Position numbers and translations under genes: made by a program
Origin: Spirochaetia bacterium
GTDB taxonomy: Bacteria > Spirochaetota > Spirochaetia > SP-2023
Direction of reading: 5' to 3'
Assembly: GCA_965225855.1 (NCBI GenBank)
Contig: CBDDCK010000005.1
Coordinates: 1,472,001-1,536,000, forward strand
DNA: 64,000 nt
In this document: positions 62,788-64,000 of the stretch, in pieces
Numbering within the stretch: position 1 is the stretch's first letter
Layout of the letters: every line of letters starts with the position of its first letter
The notes under the pieces: generated by a model
What the model was told of the DNA's origin: nothing
Database searches by the model: none
What the model saw: the letters and a program-made list of their open reading frames with translations, nothing else

Positions 62788-64000
62788 CTATAGCCAATGT
62801 TGTCGTAGTAGCAGCAGTAATTCAGCAGCAAAATCGCGTTTGCTTTGTAAGCTCAAATCGTATTGGAGTAATTGTTGCTCCTTGGCTATGTTGGGTTGCT
62901 TGTCCGTGGGGGTATCGGGCCTAGACGGGGCAAAGATGAGCTTGGCTTGGGCTTGGTTGCCTTCTAGGTTTTGCGGGCTGTTTAAGACAATAGCATCGCA
63001 GCGTTTGTTGTGCAACTTGGTAAAGGCATAGTCAATAGCTTTGGGTAGCTTCATTTCTTGCCCTTGCTCTGGCTCTGCTTGTAGAGGCCCATCTTCCAAG
63101 GCAAAGCCCAACACTTTTTGCAAGGGCGTTTTATGCTGGCCCCAATAGGCTAAAATATCGCTAGTGGGCCTTAGCTTTAGGGAATAGTGCTGTCTACCTT
63201 CATGCTTTTTAATCTTGCTGCTATGGTATTGTACCGGACGGAAGTCGCACACTGCGGCCACGGCTATGGCCCAATTGCAAACAGCAAAATGCTCGCTAGC
63301 ATGCTGGGCCATTTCTGCAGCACTATGGCAATGCACTACATGGATACCAAACAGCTGCTGTGATAGCGGGTCATGCAACGGCTTGCCAAAGGGATTGGGC
63401 TCAATAGTGGATATTAAAGTAACTTCTGCTCCAAGGTCTCGCGCAGCACAGGCCAAAGCTATCCCCGTTTTGCCACTACTGCGATTGCTAATATAGCGCA
63501 CAGTGTCTATATGCTCACGGGTAGGGCCGGCAGTCAGCAGTAGCTTTTTACCTTCTAGCGGGTGTTCTTTAAATCTAAGTTGGGACTCTACATAGTAATA
63601 TAGTTGCTCGGCTTCAGCCATACGCCCTGGTCCACTGGCTCTGCAAGCAAGGAAGCCTTGTCCGGGCTCAATCAGCGTACAACCTTGTTGCTGTAAGCTG
63701 GCGATATTTTGCTGTAGCACTGGCTTGTACCACATCTCGGGGTTCATGCTGGGGGCAAATAGCAGGGGCTTGGCTTTAGTTGTAGGGCGCTCTGGGCTAT
63801 TGCTATTGGCTATTAGGCTTGCCCATCCGCTTGGGCTAATGGTCCAAGCGGCAAACAAAGTACTTAGCAAATCATCGGCAATACCACAAGCGGCTTTGCC
63901 TATCCAATTGTAACTAGCTGGGGCTATTAAGAATATATCGGCTTCGTCTACTAGAGCAATGTGTAGCACTGGGCTAGTGTTGAGTTGTGTTTGGTACAAA
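62788..64000 (-). CDS. coaBC: Bifunctional phosphopantothenoylcysteine decarboxylase/synthetase (5' end outside the window)
   Basis: APASYNWIGK.ACGIADDL, APSMNPEM, TAGPTREHIDTVRYISNRSSGK.G, AAVCDF, GFALE. Confidence 0.95.
   Translation of the reverse strand, partial: LYQTQLNTSPVLHIALVDEADIFLIAPASYNWIGKAACGIADDLLSTLFAAWTISPSGWASLIANSNSPERPTTKAKPLLFAPSMNPEMWYKPVLQQNIASLQQQGCTLIEPGQGFLACRASGPGRMAEAEQLYYYVESQLRFKEHPLEGKKLLLTAGPTREHIDTVRYISNRSSGKTGIALACAARDLGAEVTLISTIEPNPFGKPLHDPLSQQLFGIHVVHCHSAAEMAQHASEHFAVCNWAIAVAAVCDFRPVQYHSSKIKKHEGRQHYSLKLRPTSDILAYWGQHKTPLQKVLGFALEDGPLQAEPEQGQEMKLPKAIDYAFTKLHNKRCDAIVLNSPQNLEGNQAQAKLIFAPSRPDTPTDKQPNIAKEQQLLQYDLSLQSKRDFAAELLLLLRQHWL

Overview
This is a bacterial chromosome segment, most likely from a host-associated spirochaete. 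The supporting signs are a periplasmic-type flaB starting MIINHN, rpsB-tsf-frr-uppS-cdsA without pyrH, a solo groEL, and spirochaete-type lipoboxes. Housekeeping blocks (rsmE, clpP-clpX-lon, asd, gltX, mutY, flaB, epmA, rpsB-tsf-frr-uppS-cdsA, nrdR, groEL, cysS, glpK, coaBC) alternate with sugar-utilisation genes, a split GshAB pair with a GST-type gene, a eukaryote-type chorismate mutase and several pseudogenes. The main feature is a family of three copies of a transposase-free element (1983-5305, about 23221-25820, 36059-38953). Its termini read TGA...TCA and carry paired GATAACT sites 23 bp apart. Each copy carries one allele of a modular repeat surface lipoprotein (4+2, 3+2 and 2+2 repeats) behind a putative sigma70 promoter whose spacer poly-C tract is 6, 7 or 8 nt long. 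The copies are mosaics of one another, and three of the element boundaries truncate unrelated genes with no matching target-site duplication. This suggests a mobile, phase-variable surface-antigen cassette system that also drives rearrangement. All calls come from reading the sequence; no database searches were run.
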